From Tubiluchus corallicola (taxonomy: Eukaryota > Animalia > Priapulida), in assembly GCA_030141605.1 (NCBI GenBank), contig JAQGDQ010000010.1, positions 434,001 to 498,000 of the forward strand: a DNA stretch of 64,000 nucleotides. Reading direction: 5' to 3'. A program made the position numbers and the translations under genes. Of this stretch, positions 41,490-55,098 are shown piece by piece. Below the pieces are notes generated by a model. That model had not been told where the DNA came from. It was given only the letters and a program-made list of their open reading frames with translations, and searched no databases. Numbering within the stretch: the stretch's first letter is position 1; every line of letters starts with the position of its first letter.

Positions 41490-44406
41490 GCACCAGTCAG
41501 AGTCCATTGGCAATTTTTTTTACCTTATAAATATAGTCCTTGTTCTAAACACATATTATTTAATACGTTTAAGTTGTATTTGCAGTGTGTCACGTGCAAA
41601 TATACATTGTTCTGCACGCTGATTAGTTCATTCAAGTGAATCAGGAACAAGCTGGGTGACAAGGTGTAGCTCAGCATTTACGACAAAATTTTAACAACGG
41701 TTATTTTGATAAAATCGCTACGCATCTACGTAAAGAAAACTGGAGTTTCGAAAATTTTTGCTCAAAAAGGAATAATTAGCTGGCAAATGTGAATGACTAT
41801 TTCATCAAGCAAACTGACAGTGACATTCAGTTCAGTTATTTTTTAGTTAAGTTCAGTCAAATTCAATTTGGTTTAACAGCGTTCAAGTTGTTTTACTGAA
41901 TTGAGTCCAAATTATATTTGAATTTAATACTATTCCCATTACAGATGTGCAGTTTATTACTTCTATACGATAATAATAATAATGGTTAATTAAAAAAGGA
42001 TCAAACACCAAAACAACCAGAAATACTATGAAGGATGTTGCTGCAGATATCTTATAATTATTTATACAGTGTTTCATATAACACAAACCAAGGCATGGTG
42101 GCAAAAGGTATAGTATGTGACACATTCAATAGCAATATTAGTGATTTACAATATTGCGGTGCAAGCAAGGTATCTCTTTGTACAAGGAGTTGGCAAATAG
42201 GGTTGTTCGAAGTCAAGCTCTTCAGAAACCTGGTAAGTGTAGAATGAGTACTTGGCCTTGATTAACGTGATCACGAGTCAATATTATATCGATGTGGACG
42301 GATGGGCAACAGCAAAAGAACTAACTTTGTAAAATTAATGGAAAACATATATTTAGTTGACATATTACTAATTTGTCAGTTTGAGTCGAAGAGTTTCGTA
42401 GAATTAATTAAAGATGAATTTACTATGCAAAATATGTGATTTAACGAAATGTAATGTAATAAGAAAATTCTATATGCAATGAGAAAAATATGTATAATTT
42501 TTTTAAAATTTAAACAATAGCACGACATCATCGTGTGCACTAGTAGCGTTCTTAACCATCATTACTGGATACTTAATGCCAACAATTTGAGATCTAATTT
42601 GTATATACGTTGTGTACTAACTATTGCACGTTTGTGTTTCTTAATGCATTCACAAAAGTACTAATAAATATTTGTTATTATTAATTAAATGTCTATATAA
42701 GTTATTTAACACACGAATCAAAGCGCACCAGGCTTTAACAGCTCTCCTCCTTTTTTTAGCAATCCAATGATGGCAAATGTACAACAGCAAGTTTCTGTAA
42801 TAGTAGTGTCGTCATTAACAGAACTTATCAGTTATATTAAGCTAATAGATGTTAGTTCACTTTTAAGGCACATAGCACATTTCATTTCAGTAGAAAATGA
42901 ATTGAAATTGAGTATAGGAAGACTGAACTTTTGTGTTCTTAGGCTTGGCCGCTCGGGGCACGTTACCTTATAGTAGTCACATCTATATATGTGTTCATAG
43001 CTATATATATAGCTATACGTAGCTAATAAGCAATATTTATCTGTATACCATTATTTTTGCTGAAGTTTGGATTTGGTTACTGTGTTGTATATTTTGTACT
43101 CCGATAGGATTGAAACTCTATATATAAAGATGTGAATCTGCTATAAGGTATAATTGTGCTGAATATAGTACATACCAAATGTATAGTTTATTTGGTACGT
43201 GCTCTCGAGAGAATTCAACATAAATCGTCTATATTTTCAAAGTGCTCAGGCCAATACAATCTTAAAAGCACTCTGTGCCATACTCGCGTGTAAAATGGAA
43301 TGTAATTAAAACCTTTGGAGTTGCAGTCAATCTACTTGAAGCAAGTTACACAGAAGTGAAGAGCAACGTACGTAATTTGTAACAAATGTGGTCAAGTAGA
43401 CCGATGGAATGAATCAGCGAAAACAAAGGTCGCGAATAAAGTTAGAGGTTTTTCATTACGTCGACTACTGTTTCGACTTTTATAATCAGGCTACTTTGTT
43501 TACACATCTGACAGTGTCCAGATGACGTAGTCAGTGACGTAGCCAGCCGTGAGGTGAAAGAACTAGTTGGATCGAAAAGACGTATTGCTGACTAATCAGA
43601 AATATTATCAAATATACTTATTCCTTAATTAAATTTTACCTAGACTGTGTTTTTTCACAGAACTAATTCATTTAGTTCGGCTTATTGCGACCTGTGAATC
43701 GGATGAAATGATAAAGCCAATTTTGACGCGAGAGCACGCTAAATTTTCTAACTTAATCAAAACTAAAGTTTCTATAGTTTAAACTTTAAACTATAACTAG
43801 AAATAAGTTACTAATTCTATAATTGATCGATTTTTAGTACAGTTTATGTTCAGTTTAACCTGAGTTTATAATAAATCAATAACGATAATCTTCACCGAAA
43901 CAATTTTCGATAAAAACGGACGTTATTGTAGGTGAACATGTTTAGATGTAAGACGTTTTCTCGTTTCTGGTTTGAAAAAGTCTTTTAATTTAGTTCACTT
44001 AGCTGATGATTTCATTCCACTGTGGCGGATCCAAAATTTTTGAAAAAGAAGGTCAAATCCGAATATGACCAAGCAGAAATTCGGATGGGTAGCCCGGAGA
44101 AACTGAGGTTGGCTCCCCCCGGCCTTTCGGGATAATTTTATTTGTTCTCGAGTCCTAAGCATCTTCTTGATTGCCAAAATAATAATGTCTACTTATAATA
44201 TTCAAGGAATAAAAAATCCATTTGTTTTACAACCATGATATTATTTGCGCACATTGTTATGTTCTTGTTACTTTTATCTATGATTTCAAATAAGGCTTCT
44301 GCAATGAAGACTAAAATTTCAGTCTAACTGCATAAATAATAATAATAATTACTGATATTAAAACTATTCAGTAACCAACGTTCAAGGCTCCAATTCGTTA
44401 ATAACC

Positions 44407-45022
44407 TTAAAGCAAAACCGGACCAAATGTTAAACTGTAGGTCAAAAGAACCAATTCTTTAAAATATTGAAAGGAAATACACTAATTTTTAAAGAACGCC
44501 TTACCTGAACGAATTATTACCACACAAACACAATTTCGCAAACGCGCCACTAGTTCTTCGCTGTTACATGCATTTCGCCCATTCGCTAGTTAGACGGGCA
44601 CCAGCGCCTGCATTTCGGAAAGCGTTGCATAAAAACGGGTGCTGTACCTCTCACTTCAGATGTGTTAGTTTGTGGCGAACTGCACACGTTCTACAGCTCA
44701 GGCGTGAGTACAGCGGTAAATTTTTTATCTTAAAAACTTGCCGAGTTTTAGTACAACACACTGAATCTGTTACGGTAGCACTGTACTTCACTTTTCGCTT
44801 TCACAAACACGTGCAACACGCTCATGGAATGGTTTTGATGTTAAAAATTACGTTAGTTTGTGATGTCATCACTAGTTGGGCTCGTCCGCCGTCAATTAAT
44901 ATTTTGATGTATTATTTAATTATCAGAAACGCTTTTGCAGTATTATTGGTGTTAAACGATATACTTTTTTACCGTACTTGAAAATGGCGTAGTACATGAA
45001 AAATCATCCTGTCTTTCTTTAA
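44407..45022 (+). mobile_element. Kolobok-like MITE
   Basis: TTAA|AGCAAAACCGGA ... TCCTGTCTTTCT|TTAA. A homologous copy lies at 29822-30228. Confidence 0.8.
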
Positions 45023-45896
45023 CTACAGACACAGCAGGACTTTTAAGCACACACTCGGAATGGTCTAGCATTCAATGGCAGCATGGCCTACTTAATGTAA
45101 ATGGGTGTAATGTAATGTTAAATCATTTAACTTTTTAAGTGGCAGTGATGTTTTTCGGTCGCCTTCAGATGGATAGACCCTATGAGGCATTAGATACTAA
45201 ATATAGACAGTTGTGATAGTAGCGAAATCTAAGTATCAAAAACACTTCTTTACGATGAGGTACTGAATAAGCGTGAGTGCCCTGGCACTTTAGCAATTGT
45301 ATAGATCTCTCATCCAACAAGGTAATAATCATTATGAAAGACAGTTTGGTGGATGAAGCAGGCAATTATCATTGTGGTCATGTTTCCATTTACTAAAAAC
45401 CCAGCGTTACTTAACTTCGCAAAATTAATCTTTCGCTGTGATTACTCACTTATTTCCTTCGCCTAAATAGAAAGGTAAACTCTTTTCCCAAATAAATAAG
45501 CTTTTACGCTGCAAAAATTGTTTGTAATTGCGCCACCTGCGGACCTTCCTGTGCGGGCCGCGCTTTCGCAAACGCTAAAATGATTAAGCTGCCGCAGAAT
45601 TGCAATCTTTTAATCTGCCAAGAATGAGAATTAAATGTAATATCAGCAGATTCCTGTGATTCTGACACGGAAGTCAGTATTTTTGCGAAAGTTTAACAAG
45701 CGGTTGCCGCCCATGTGGGAACTTAGGAACTCATTAAATTAAATGACTGCTGGAAATTATTGTGCTAGAGGTTTACGTGATAATGATCAACGCCTGACTC
45801 AGCAGTGAGAAAATGATGTGGGCTATTTGTCAACCCGTAAATCTCATTCTAAACGATTCTTTTTCTGATCATCCGCATGCTGTCAAAGACTAGATC

Positions 45897-46028
45897 GCCA
45901 TCATCATCATCATCATTATCATCGTCGTCGTCGTCGCCATCATCATAATCATCATCATCATTGTTATAGAATTATATCCGTATATTCGTTGTTGCCCTTA
46001 ATTATAATCATTATCATTATAATCATTA
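45897..46028. repeat. (CAT/CGT)n degenerate microsatellite
   Basis: Direct reading. Confidence 0.85.
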
Positions 46029-47384
46029 CCAGCGTCACATTATGCATGGTGCATGGTCACTTTTACTATTGTCGCCATCTATAGCATAACGCATTTATTT
46101 CACTTGTGTAAAAGTTCGGATGAATCACAAAACAAGAATTGATAAAGATCACACAAGTATGAACCACTAACAATTATTACTAAAAATTAATTATTGTTAC
46201 AGCATTGATTTCGGTTAATTTTGCAAAACAATCTTTTATTTGCAAAGTTCGGCCAGATGTCCATTGTCCAAGTATACGGTTTTAGTGCTGTTTGTAATAA
46301 CGGGGAACTGAAAGAATAAAATTTAATGTGCTTATGTGCTAAATGACATTATGAATTGTATGCTTGCATTGCAGGATGACATTACGAATATATTTTAGCA
46401 CTATCATGTGTTAGCATTAGAGGCAAAATTACTGTATTAAATCGGCTTATTAAATGGATAAATTCTGTAACAACTTCATTCATCACACGGTAAGTTCGTT
46501 TTTGACATTATCACCACAGCCATTTGTCACATTCTCTCAACGACAAATACTAATGATAAGGAATCATTTCTTAGCAAAGCGCGTAAACAACATTGTAAAG
46601 TTTAAGTCTCAAATAATAACGCAAATTAGCCAACAGAAAATAGATCAAACTATAAAAATTGACTCGAAAGACTGAAAAAGCTCTTTAGTGAAACAGCAAT
46701 CGCACTCGAAGTCTACGCAGAATATTTTCTGCAAGTGATAATTAAACTAATAGATTACGATTACATAAACAATGATATTTAAAGGTAAGGAAGTAAAATG
46801 TATTTTTAAATGATCGTACAATTTGGTTCTATAAAAACACTGATTTCAATCTTAACTTCAGTATTATTGCATTATTTTAACCCTAAATCTATCTCATTTT
46901 AATTTATTCTGAATTTTTATCAGTTCGTTTGATATAAATATGTTATTAATTTCCAAAAGCTGGTGTGCGAATGCTACTGTCTGCGTCTTCATCGCAATAA
47001 ATCAAGAAATTGCTTTGCTGCTCACAGCCAATTTCAAAAATCGATACAAAACTTATTTTTCTCTTAAAGGCGCAGTACACCTTAAAATCATATTGATAGT
47101 TCTGGTCTTCAGTAATTTAATGGCACTATTTGCGCAGAAAAATTAGTTTCTTGAGAGACGTTATAGAATGTTAAAGTTGCTTCTCAAGCAAGAGTGACGT
47201 CATTGATATCAAATTCACTGACTTGCACACTGGGAGCTGAATAAAACTGATGACAGCGCAGCATCTCCAGCTAACACTATCCGTAAAAAAAATACGAACT
47301 GTCAAGACTCCCTATTCACTGTAATGTCCCAAGTTCACTTATCTCTAAGGGTTGGTGCTGAAGTGTTTAAAACTTTCTAAATAT

Positions 47385-47530
47385 GTTAACATTTGTCCTC
47401 CTGCAGGTTTTCTGGCTGGTTCTATGTCTTCTCGAAGAGCTGTCTTCACTGGATTATCATCAGGTAATCTAAGCATATGCCCAATCCATCTTAAGCGGCA
47501 CTTTTTATTTCCCTTGCCCAAGGTTCCTCT
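47385..47530 (-). mobile_element. RTE-clade LINE C-terminal fragment
   Basis: Minus: RLRWIGHMLRLPDDNPVKTALREDIEPARKPAGGQ (cf. RLRWxGHxxR...P.K.AL...RPxGRP). Confidence 0.8.
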
Positions 47531-48167
47531 TTTATTTTTTCATACAGATCTTTACTTGAGACTTTCTTTGATAAAATATTTTTCGGGAATTTAGTAACTC
47601 GGAAGCGTTATAATTATTATAATAGCGGAAATCTTAAAATATTGAAATACATCACCCGCAGTAATAGACGTCAGTTATTACATGAACATAAAAATTTTGG
47701 CTTATTTTGTATTTTTGTTTTTTTTCGGTACAGCCACTACAGTGACAGTTCCATTAACCTAATATCATTTGAGATGCGCTAAGGAACTTCCTTACCGCCA
47801 GTTTAAATCTCCCTCGGAAATTAAGGCTAAGCGATACTTAGGCGTAATGTGTGCAAGGTGCCGTTAGAGTAATCTCTAGATTATTTGCCACGGTTGAAAT
47901 TATTATGGAATGACTCCACTCTCCAGTGGCAAGAAACAATCCATCCAAAACTAGAGAAATATGAAAAAGATGCGAACGAAAAGTACTTAGAGCTGACTAG
48001 GTTGCTATCTTCGCGCGACATAGCAAATTTGAAACGTATGCATAGGGAGGGCAAATAAGTTCGCAAACATTATCATTACCTTTCAGCCCCAGGCACGATT
48101 GGAGGAGTCTTTGTTTCTGATATCACTACTAGCTTTGTATCCATCCTTCTTCATATTCACTCGCTTC

Positions 48168-48169
48168 TT

Positions 48170-48209
<40 letters not shown>

Positions 48210-48220
48210 CTTTGTCTCTG
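48168..48220. repeat. (CT)n microsatellite
   Basis: Direct reading. Confidence 0.9.
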
Positions 48221-49254
48221 TTACTAAAAATCTAAAATTTAGTATTGTTTGGTAAACTATCTAGTCAGTCGAAGCCCATGATATTCCTCCACGCCTATGT
48301 AAATAATCCTAGTACCTAGTACATAAACTTATCCTAGTACATACTCAATCAAAGGCCTGCAGTTAACTGGCTTCCTTGAAGAATAGATAATAAATGGCTT
48401 AACATGATTGTCACGTGATCTCGCGTCATTAGTATGAAATGTTGTCAGACTGCGTAATTAAGGGCAGGTTTCTATTGAGTGCTGGTCAGGATGGCTGAGT
48501 CAAGAATCAGGTCTGCAGTCTTATTAGAACTATAGACCTTGTTCCTCCATGGTTTCTCTAATGAGTTTCAATGGGCGTTGCTAGCACAAGTTAACCTGCT
48601 TGATTACAGTTATTCGGGTTGATCGTAATAATTTTTAAGCATGCTAAAGTAATTACTCAGTTTTATGTAGTTTGTCAGCATTTTGTAGGATGATTTGGGT
48701 CGAGGGAGGGCGCATACTCGTCTATGCTTTTCGACAAAAGGTCTATCACGAAAACTGCATGATAATCGAAATGTACCCAATTAAATCTGGAAGAAGGGTG
48801 TCGCTTCCGCGTGATAGCTAAAGTTGAAAAGCAAAACAGTTCTAAGAGCCATTACATATTGTCAGCATGAGTATTGAATATAAACAGCTGAAAATGCAAA
48901 AGCATTTAACAGTGGTATTGTATTCGACAGAAGCGCTAGATTTTCAAAGTGTGAGGGTCAAAGGTCGAGATCACAAAGCAAGTTAAACTTTTTTTATTTT
49001 GGGAAATGTGTGCGAAAAATATGATTAAACTTCACATAAGAGTTGTATATTGAATTGAATGGGCATTTTTATATCCGTGTAACAGACAATGATTTGCACA
49101 ACAAAAATGGAATCAGTTAGTTGACAAAGCACATAGCAATAGCGTGAACATTTATAGCAGTGTTTAGTTTAAATATAGTTCATCTGGTTCAGATTAGACA
49201 GTTTTTAAAACTGATAGTTACCGTGCACGTAGTATGGGCAAACAGAAGTGCGGG

Positions 49255-50065
49255 TAAAATAAAGTAATATAAATACAAACAAACACAAATAGATATACAT
49301 ACATACAAATACATATATTTATCTACTTATTTATTAGTGTTAAAGATACATACAATACAAGAAAAAACAAGACATACATACAATTTTAATTTTGAAATGT
49401 ATAAAAAAGAAGATATATATACAATTTAATGAAAAGTTTAACGGTTAGTATTTAAAATAAGTTGTCATTCATTACGCCTCATTTTCATATGATATGATCA
49501 TTACATAGTATGTTGTTCACCATGTCTTGAAACGCTTTTTCAACATAATCAATAAATGCTTTAATTACTTCTAAATCATTACTTCCCATCAAGAATAAAA
49601 ATTTATCAGCATCGCTCATAAGGAAAAATTCTGGTATAATTACATTGGTGGGATTATAATTTTTCTCTAACATCATTATGATATGGGCATTTTATAACAA
49701 GGTGTAATTCGTCTTCGATTTCATTTCTTAGACAGTATGAGCATATACGATTCTCAGCTGGGATTTTTCCAGGTTTAACGTACCTCCCTCTTTCGACACA
49801 CAAAGTATGAGAGCTGATTCTCAGTTTTGTAAATTTTCTTGTAGCATATTTGGAATAACCACAAAGTAAATAGCTTTCTAGTTGATATTGTTTTAGAAGG
49901 TTCGATACGTTCCCAGTTTGTTTTGCCAGGCTTCATTATGCAATGCTTTAATATTTCTAAACCATATTAGTGATAATTGTGCCACAAAGCTGAACTTATA
50001 TTGTTACTACAGTGCGAATGATGTAGGTATGCTTTCACTTCCCCATCGCACTTTCCAATAAAAAC
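49255..50065 (-). mobile_element. RTE-X-like LINE 3' fragment
   Basis: Minus: NKLGTYR...YQLESYL...FTKLRISSHTLCVERGRYVKPGKIPAENRICSYCLRNEIEDELHLVIKCPY...DKFLFLM. Same clade as 38800-40860. Confidence 0.9.
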
Positions 50066-50805
50066 TCTTAATTAACCACAAAACTAAGCGGTACAATATT
50101 ATATACAGCAGGACGAACAATAAAGGTTCACTGGCCAGCTACAATTAAAATTCTTTTCGGGCTATTAGCGCGGCCAGACGATAACTGACGTTGGTGAATG
50201 GGGTGTTTATTCTCAGTCTTATGCTCCCTAAGAATATGAGCCCCGAGTATGAAACTCATCTACTAGCCTCGCAGTTAATGCCAGGTTTAATATTCAGTAT
50301 TTGCGCATTTTTGTTGTTAATTAAAATTTCATATTTTCTGGCAATATGTAAGCAGATTTTCATAAGCTTTTGAAGAGCTTTGATGGTTGATGCTACTAGG
50401 CGCGTGTCATGTTCGTACATGAGATTATTAAATTGAGTCTCGTCAATGAAAAAAACTATTTTACCTTCAGCAAGCTTGTTATTTAAATTAGAAAAATACG
50501 TGTTAAAGTATGAAGCGCCATTTTGCTGCTTTATCTATACTATTAGATATTATAAACTGATCAAACTGTCAGATGTTGAGCAAAATATATGCATTCATAT
50601 GATATCAGAATCTAATCACGTCTTTGGGAAAACGCGTTATAGTACGCACACCAGTAACATAAAGGCCGTAGGCACAGTCAAATGCCTTAGGTGCGCCGCA
50701 CAAACCGACTTTTTTCCTGTAGAGAAACCAATTATTTCTTACACATTTTTGTGCGTAATTGGATGTTTTCTTTCATTTCCGAAAATCGACATCAGTATCA
50801 TAACT

Positions 50806-50917
50806 AAGTGAAAGCATACTTATATAACTCGCACTGTAGTAATAATGTAAGCTCAGCTTTGTGGCACAATTATCGCTAATATGGTTTAGAAATATTAAAG
50901 CATTGTATAACGAAGCC
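50806..50917 (+). repeat. Inverted duplicate of the LINE segment at 49929-50040
   Basis: 112-bp ungapped reverse-complement match with about ten substitutions. Confidence 0.95.
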
Positions 50918-51420
50918 ATCATAATTTATTTTAATCTTTTGTTGCTTCGTAATGGATCGAACCACCACATTGTGTGAGAGGGGGCGAAAACAAATGGCAT
51001 TTTGCGGTCATTACACTACCCTTTCCCACAGAAAAAAGTTCGTCCTCAGACCAGAATGGGGGCGCACTGCACAAGTTAAAATAACGGTCCAAGTGCTGCT
51101 ACTACCAATACAAACTACGCAATTTGTAGAAATACTCCGTATTTAGAAACCCACCATTTACAAGATGCCAATTGACTAGACTGTATCCTCACAGCTGATA
51201 ATTCGGCGAAGCTGCAGTAAACAAATCTGTATCCCTGCCAAGCATTAGAGGGCCACAGTGAAGCAGGTATAGAACACACTGTAGTATCATACCTGTCGCA
51301 AAACGTATCGAGAACTAGGCGGGCTCCGGAATTTGGAAGTACGACTGAACGTGTTCTACAAATCTTGCAGCTACTGGCGACGATGTTAAAGATTTCTGCG
51401 TACTGTTCTGTGGTTCTGAT

Positions 51421-51664
51421 GGCTCCGTGTAACCATAACTGCTAATCGTTGCACTGATTGTCTAGGTCACAAGTTCGAAACCTCGGGGGCAGCTTAGGAC
51501 TACTGCCCCCCTCCCGTACTAGCCACAAGGCAATGGAGGTGCTGGCAACGCAATGAACTCGAAAGACGAATTTCAAAGAAGACTTGCCAGACCTCGTGTT
51601 TTACATGCTGGTTGATATGAACGAAGAGGAACACCCATCGCCTGTTAACTGAACTGACGAGGCC
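51421..51664 (+). mobile_element. Probable SINE-like non-LTR retrozyme monomer, truncated inside its hammerhead ribozyme
   Basis: B-box GTTCGAAACC (~51473), a GC-richer body, and a 3' end AACTGAA-CTGACGA-GGCC, equal to the hammerhead CUGANGA core plus the 5' strand of stem II. The body (GGAGGTGCTGGCAACG...GAACTC...GGTTGATATGAACG.AG.GGAACAC) resembles, from recall, invertebrate hammerhead-bearing repeats. Confidence 0.55.
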
Positions 51665-51859
51665 ATTTCATATCAGCATTTTTATACCAAGCGTGCAATG
51701 GCTTCGCAACGAATTGAACCATCATAATGTAGGGGTGGGGAGTGAAAATAATGGCCTTTCGCCGTCGTAACAGTACAATCTTTTGTACTTGCAGGATACT
51801 CAGTAGACAAATAATGTAGTAAACTAAAATGATAAGAACTCGATAGCCCCAATGAAATC

Positions 51860-52080
51860 ACTATAGCCAAAAATTTATTTCGACTGATCTTGTGGCTTTG
51901 ACTTTTGACCTGTTGAAGTAATAAAGCATAGCATTCCAGACCTTGCCCAGACAGGTACGAAGCTTGCTGATTATAGTTTCATCAATTTTGGTTTGACTGC
52001 GCGGACGAGATACAGACAGACACACAATCGCGACTAAACGCCTTACCAACACACCGGTAGTTACTGTCAGTATGAGTAGG
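51860..52080. mobile_element. Helentron/DINE-like non-autonomous element fragment
   Basis: TTGACTTTTGACCT ... AGTTTCATCAA ... (GACA)n tract and a terminal ACCGGTAGTTACTG hairpin-like motif, an arrangement common in these elements. Confidence 0.45.
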
Positions 52081-54529
52081 TTCGAAGCGCCATATCAAGT
52101 AATTAAGTCTACCAGAATGCCTACCGTCGCGTCTTTGCAATGATCCTTAAATGTCAAATTTACATTATGCCTAAAATCTATCATGCACAAACCATAATCT
52201 CTTCAGAGACCAGAATCAAATTGTCACTTATCAAAACATTTGACAATTAAGCTAAACAGACATCAAGAGAGCAATTCATCTTCCAAAGCATAATATATTA
52301 TGAATACAGCCTATCAGCTTCAGGCAAAATGTTTCTTACTGTTAACACTTCGATTAATTGCCACGTGGGGCTTTGGCACTTACTATGAAATACTCGTACA
52401 TTATTGATGGTTGGTAGCAGACCACATTGCTGATTCGTGCGCTAGTGTCGCTTGCTACATGATACTATAGGTTTTCTCTATGCACATTGTCATTGTCTCT
52501 ATGAACATATGCGTTGCCAAATCAATAAAAAAAACTAAAAAGTGTGAAGACACAAATAAATAAGTAGCTTATATTTCAAAAAGCTTATGCAACTTTTTAT
52601 CGATAATACTGTTCTGCGATCGGGCTCTCGCCGCCGGGGTAGATGTAATAACCCCTGAACGATTCCAACCAGAGCTATTGGAGGACGAGATACTTCGGTT
52701 CGAAAGCCACATCCTGCAACGAGATTAGTAAACCAAACGACTGGGAGACATTTAACAACATTGAAAGAGCGGCATAGGCCATGTCCAAAATCTTGACTAA
52801 CTTAGTAAGTTTGTAAAGTTAAAATGTTACTGTTTGAAAGAGTCTTTGTAATCGAAATGAACAAATAGCTGGCTAAACATAAAACATGAAAAAACGACAA
52901 TCTACTCTTGACGGTTCACCACTCCCTCACACTGCCACCGAAACAGTTGAGAGACAAGTCCTGGGAGGGCGGGTACAGTCTTGTCCTGTATGGTGCTCAA
53001 ACTCTTACCGAAATAGGCAAGTATTTAAATTTGAGCCAATCAGAAGGTAGGATTTGTCAATTTTACGCAGGTAAGATTATTACATATTGATTTACAAGGG
53101 TGTTTTTTAAAGCGACTTTGAAATAACACACGGGCTGCAAATCTGTGTTCTTGGGTGAGTGAAAATTTGAAGACAAAACAGGGCGAAACTCAGCCATACA
53201 TATTACAATACATATTAAAAGCTGTGGAGGCATTTTCATAGTTTGTTTTGTAAGTGTACTGGCTGGAAAGTGGAAAAGTCCACAAACAGTGGGAAGCTGA
53301 TGTACAGTCAGAAATTATCCACGAGTCATAATTAGGTTTTGCTGTTGTCATCATCAAGAAATTTGTGGATATTTTCGCCAAAAATCAAAATGGGTGCTTT
53401 GCAACTCCTCTGTTAATTACGTTACAGTTGTATTTACACCGTTCACGCAAGTGTTGTTAAGTTGTAAAATCCTTCGCAGTAATGCACAGCTGCAGAGTTT
53501 TTGAAACACTCAGATTTGGAGTTTGTTTTTTGAGATACGACAGACAAGCAGTATCACACAATACAATATAATATCCAACTTTATTAACTCGGCAAGCGAA
53601 TGAGGACTGAGACTATGTGAAGTCTAGGTTATAATATATTGTTAAAAATTAACTGAAATCTGCACGTATTTTATTCATAGATTGCTTCCATCGATATGAT
53701 CCCTTTGACAAAAAAAGAAAATGTGGACGAAAGAATGAACACCATTAATACACGATAATTATTATTTTTCCCAAAAGATCGCCAAAATGTTCAACTTGCT
53801 CTATGTTATGCATTAGAAACTATACTACTTAATAACTTAATAACATGAATGAGTTTCATTTTTTAGAATCTGCTAAGTGCAATTTATCTTTTGGTTCGAC
53901 ATATGGTTTAATCTAAATGACCTTGCATGCGATTGGTAAATAATACTGTTTCGCAAATATTCAGACAGTTTTCGAATATTTTATGAACATATGAATGAAC
54001 AATTAGAAACCCTACTCATGTAGTGAAAAACATTTTATGAAAGCTTATATTTTGTACAATACAGGTGGATCTACTACGTTTCATGTTTACATCAATTCTG
54101 AGGCTCGAGGACCAGAGCATCCCGCCTGCTAGCATTTTATATTTATTTACCTATAATTTTTGGCAACTTAAGAGGATAGTGAGATAATTTCAGGTAAGTT
54201 AATTGGATAGTGAGAAACTGCGGATTTGTGATAAACGGTATGCTTTGGAAATACAAAGAGACACCAAAGGTCTATCAACAAAGCTGAGTGAGTCTATAAG
54301 ATGGTGATATAAAGCTATAGGGCGTGTGTATACATAAAAAGTGGTATGTAATTTTTTACTAATGTTATGTGTACAATAACGTGCAAAGTTTTAATAGGTC
54401 GAAATATGCTAAAGAAATAGAAACTCGTTTTTTAATGTACAGCTTGAAGTTCTCGTTCACCCTGTAGAATCACACGAGACTCAAAGAAATCGACAGCTGG
54501 ATGATATTTCTTGACATTTCTAAATGACC

Positions 54530-55098
54530 TGCTTCACTTGTCAGAACAACCATAAAGTTCGTCTAATAAACTTTGATGTAATTTTTATTATTCATCTAGA
54601 ACAGAAACCATATTACACTTGCTGTGGAACTGCAATAAAGTAAAACTCATATGGGAATATTTCAAACAATGGTGGGTGCAAAACGCAAGTAATGCATTAG
54701 AAATTAATAAGTTTGATGTAATTTTTGGAAAGTTTCCGCATTTAAAAGTCCTATGTTTAAATAAGACTATTTTAATAGTAAAATATTATATTTGGTGTAC
54801 CCGTAGCAAATTACAAATACTAATTTTAATCACGCAGTGAGTTGTATTAAATATATGTATAAGGTGGAGAAATGTACAGGCGCCACCCTGGGATGCCAGA
54901 AAAAGTTGAAGATACTTGGTTATCTTTGAAATATATATTGGAATGACTGAACTGAACAACCGAAACTGTCAAAGTGAAGCTACAACATTGATACAGTTAA
55001 CTGATGCTTATAATTGTTTATTGTTGTTTTAACTGTATTGGTTTTGTATCCAGTAAAATAGTTTTATATTAAATAAAATGTTAAATATAAAAAAACAT
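54530..55098 (+). mobile_element. L1/Tx1-type LINE 3' end
   Basis: TETILHLLWNCNKVKLIWEYFKQWW...VIFG...LNKTILIVKYYIWCTR (end of zf-RVT and C-terminus), followed by AATAAA and an A-rich tail. Confidence 0.85.

Noticed and set aside
42160-42240. Possible host exon ending CCTG|GTAAGT (YKELANRVVRSQALQKP)
   Set aside because: Good donor but weak acceptor, an upstream in-frame stop, and no recognisable protein or partner exons.
43455-43495. Minus-strand CTGATTA...GAAAC hammerhead-like motif
   Set aside because: The core is mutated and there is no convincing stem II.
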